DNA of 32,000 nucleotides from Dickeya solani IPO 2222 (GTDB lineage Bacteria; Pseudomonadota; Gammaproteobacteria; Enterobacterales; Enterobacteriaceae): NCBI RefSeq assembly GCF_001644705.1, contig NZ_CP015137.1, positions 4,680,001 to 4,712,000 of the forward strand, read 5' to 3'. Shown piece by piece: positions 30,693 to 32,000 of this stretch (position 1 is its first letter; each line of letters starts with the position of its first letter). The notes under the pieces were generated by a model. It saw only the letters and a program-made list of their open reading frames with translations, ran no database searches and was not told where the DNA came from. The position numbers and the translations under genes were made by a program.

Positions 30693-32000
30693 ATGGTTAT
30701 ATCGACTGATGAGCGGGTAACGAGCCCACAACGTCTGAGTGACGGACCTGACTGGACATTCGATTTGCTGCAGGTCTATCTGGGTGAAATTGACCGGGTA
30801 GCCAAACTCTATCGCCTGGAAACCTATCCTCACCAAATCGAGGTGATCACCTCTGAACAGATGATGGACGCCTATTCCAGCATCGGGATGCCCATCAACT
30901 ATGCCCACTGGTCGTTCGGCAAGAAATTCATCGAAACCGAGCAACGTTACAAGCACGGTCAGCAAGGGCTGGCATACGAAATCGTCATCAACTCCAACCC
31001 CTGCATCGCCTACCTGATGGAAGAGAACACCATGCCGATGCAAGCGCTGGTGATGGCGCACGCCTGCTACGGCCACAACTCGTTCTTCAAGGGCAACTAC
31101 CTGTTTCGCAGTTGGACCGACGCCAGCTCAATTGTCGATTATCTGCTGTTCGCCCGTCAGTACATCGCTCAATGTGAAGAGCGCCACGGCGTTGACGAGG
31201 TGGAAAAGTTGCTCGACTCCTGCCACGCGTTGATGAATTACGGCGTGGATCGCTATAAACGACCGCAGAAAATCTCGCTGGAAGAGGAAAAACTACGTCA
31301 AAAAAGCCGCGAAGCCTATCTGCAAAGTCAGGTAAACGAACTCTGGCGTACGCTTCCCCGCCGCGAGCAGGAGACATCGCCGGAAAAAGCCCACCGCTTC
31401 CCGAATGAGCCGCAGGAAAACCTGCTCTATTTCATGGAGAAAAATGCTCCGCTGCTGGAACCCTGGCAGCGTGAAATCCTGCGTATCGTGCGTAAGATCA
31501 GTCAGTATTTTTACCCGCAAAAACAGACGCAGGTGATGAATGAAGGCTGGGCCACGTTCTGGCACTACAGCATCCTCAATCATCTCTATGACGAGGGAAA
31601 ACTGTCTGACCGCTTTATGCTGGAGTTTCTCCACAGCCACACTAACGTGGTCTACCAGCCGCCGTACAACAGCCCTTACTATAGTGGCATCAACCCGTAT
31701 GCGCTCGGCTTCGCCATGTTTCAGGACATCAAGCGTATTTGTCAGGAGCCGACGGAAGAAGACCGTTACTGGTTCCCGGACATCGCGGGCAAAGACTGGC
31801 TGGATACCCTGCACTTCGCGATGCAGAACTTTAAGGACGAGAGTTTCATCAGCCAGTTCCTGTCGCCCAAAGTAATGCGGGATTTCCGTCTGTTTACCGT
31901 ACTGGATGACGACAGTAATAATTATCTGGAGATCGCCGCCATCCACGATGAAAAAGGTTACCAAAAGATCCGCCAGGAGTTGTCTTCCCAGTACAACCTG
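30693..32000 (+). CDS. ycgB: SpoVR-family protein YcgB, N-terminal 436 codons; the gene runs off the right edge
   Basis: Hand translation from ATG 30693 gives MVISTDERVTSPQRLSDGPDWTFDLLQVYLGEIDRVAKLYRLETYPHQIEVITSEQMMDAYSSIGMPINYAHWSFGKKFIETEQRYKHGQQGLAYEIVINSNPCIAYLMEEN... This is near-identical to my recollection of E. coli YcgB. The ORF is not in the track because it has no in-window stop. Confidence 0.9.
   Translation, partial: MVISTDERVTSPQRLSDGPDWTFDLLQVYLGEIDRVAKLYRLETYPHQIEVITSEQMMDAYSSIGMPINYAHWSFGKKFIETEQRYKHGQQGLAYEIVINSNPCIAYLMEENTMPMQALVMAHACYGHNSFFKGNYLFRSWTDASSIVDYLLFARQYIAQCEERHGVDEVEKLLDSCHALMNYGVDRYKRPQKISLEEEKLRQKSREAYLQSQVNELWRTLPRREQETSPEKAHRFPNEPQENLLYFMEKNAPLLEPWQREILRIVRKISQYFYPQKQTQVMNEGWATFWHYSILNHLYDEGKLSDRFMLEFLHSHTNVVYQPPYNSPYYSGINPYALGFAMFQDIKRICQEPTEEDRYWFPDIAGKDWLDTLHFAMQNFKDESFISQFLSPKVMRDFRLFTVLDDDSNNYLEIAAIHDEKGYQKIRQELSSQYNL

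Noticed and set aside
30639-31964. The minus-strand ORFs 30639..31076, 31087..31377 and 31293..31964
   Set aside because: They are antisense to the clearly recognisable ycgB reading frame, which is truncated by the right edge and so missing from the track.

Overview
This window looks like an accessory virulence and competition island from a plant-pathogenic enterobacterium of the Dickeya / Brenneria / Pectobacterium type. That assignment is inferred from gene content only. The island abuts the core genes dadA and ycgB at its right end.

Left part (1-10.0 kb): a type III secretion (Hrp) substrate cluster.
- The N-terminal ~1279 codons of the AvrE-family effector DspE lie on the minus strand and run off the left edge.
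- A glycine-rich harpin is transcribed divergently from dspE. It is a paralog of the HrpW N-terminal domain and lacks the pectate-lyase module.
- HrpW itself follows (harpin domain plus PL3 pectate-lyase domain), then a coupled 110-aa acidic ORF.
- After an SDR oxidoreductase comes a 571-aa HrpK/NolX-like putative translocator.
- Four HrpL-type hrp-box promoters (GGAACC-N15-CCACTCA) can be read directly. Two match the consensus perfectly.

Middle part (10-13.2 kb): AT-rich spacers separate three genes, each followed by a rho-independent terminator.
- A 59-aa membrane-anchored ORF.
- A cysteine-free protein that is about one third serine and has a harpin-like layout.
- A lone periplasmic ABC substrate-binding protein with a long structured GC-rich leader.

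Right part (13.2-28.6 kb): a contact-dependent growth inhibition (CDI) locus on the minus strand.
- It contains a 4165-aa CdiA/HecA-type exoprotein and an overlapping cdiI.
- An orphan cdiA-CT/cdiI module lies downstream. It shares 407 bp of perfect identity with cdiA, ending exactly at the VENN codons.
- A SymE-family (type I toxin-like) gene or pseudogene lies convergent behind each immunity gene.
- No cdiB/TpsB transporter gene is present anywhere in the window.

The long plus-strand ORFs antisense to cdiA and dspE are artefacts of GC-rich sequence.
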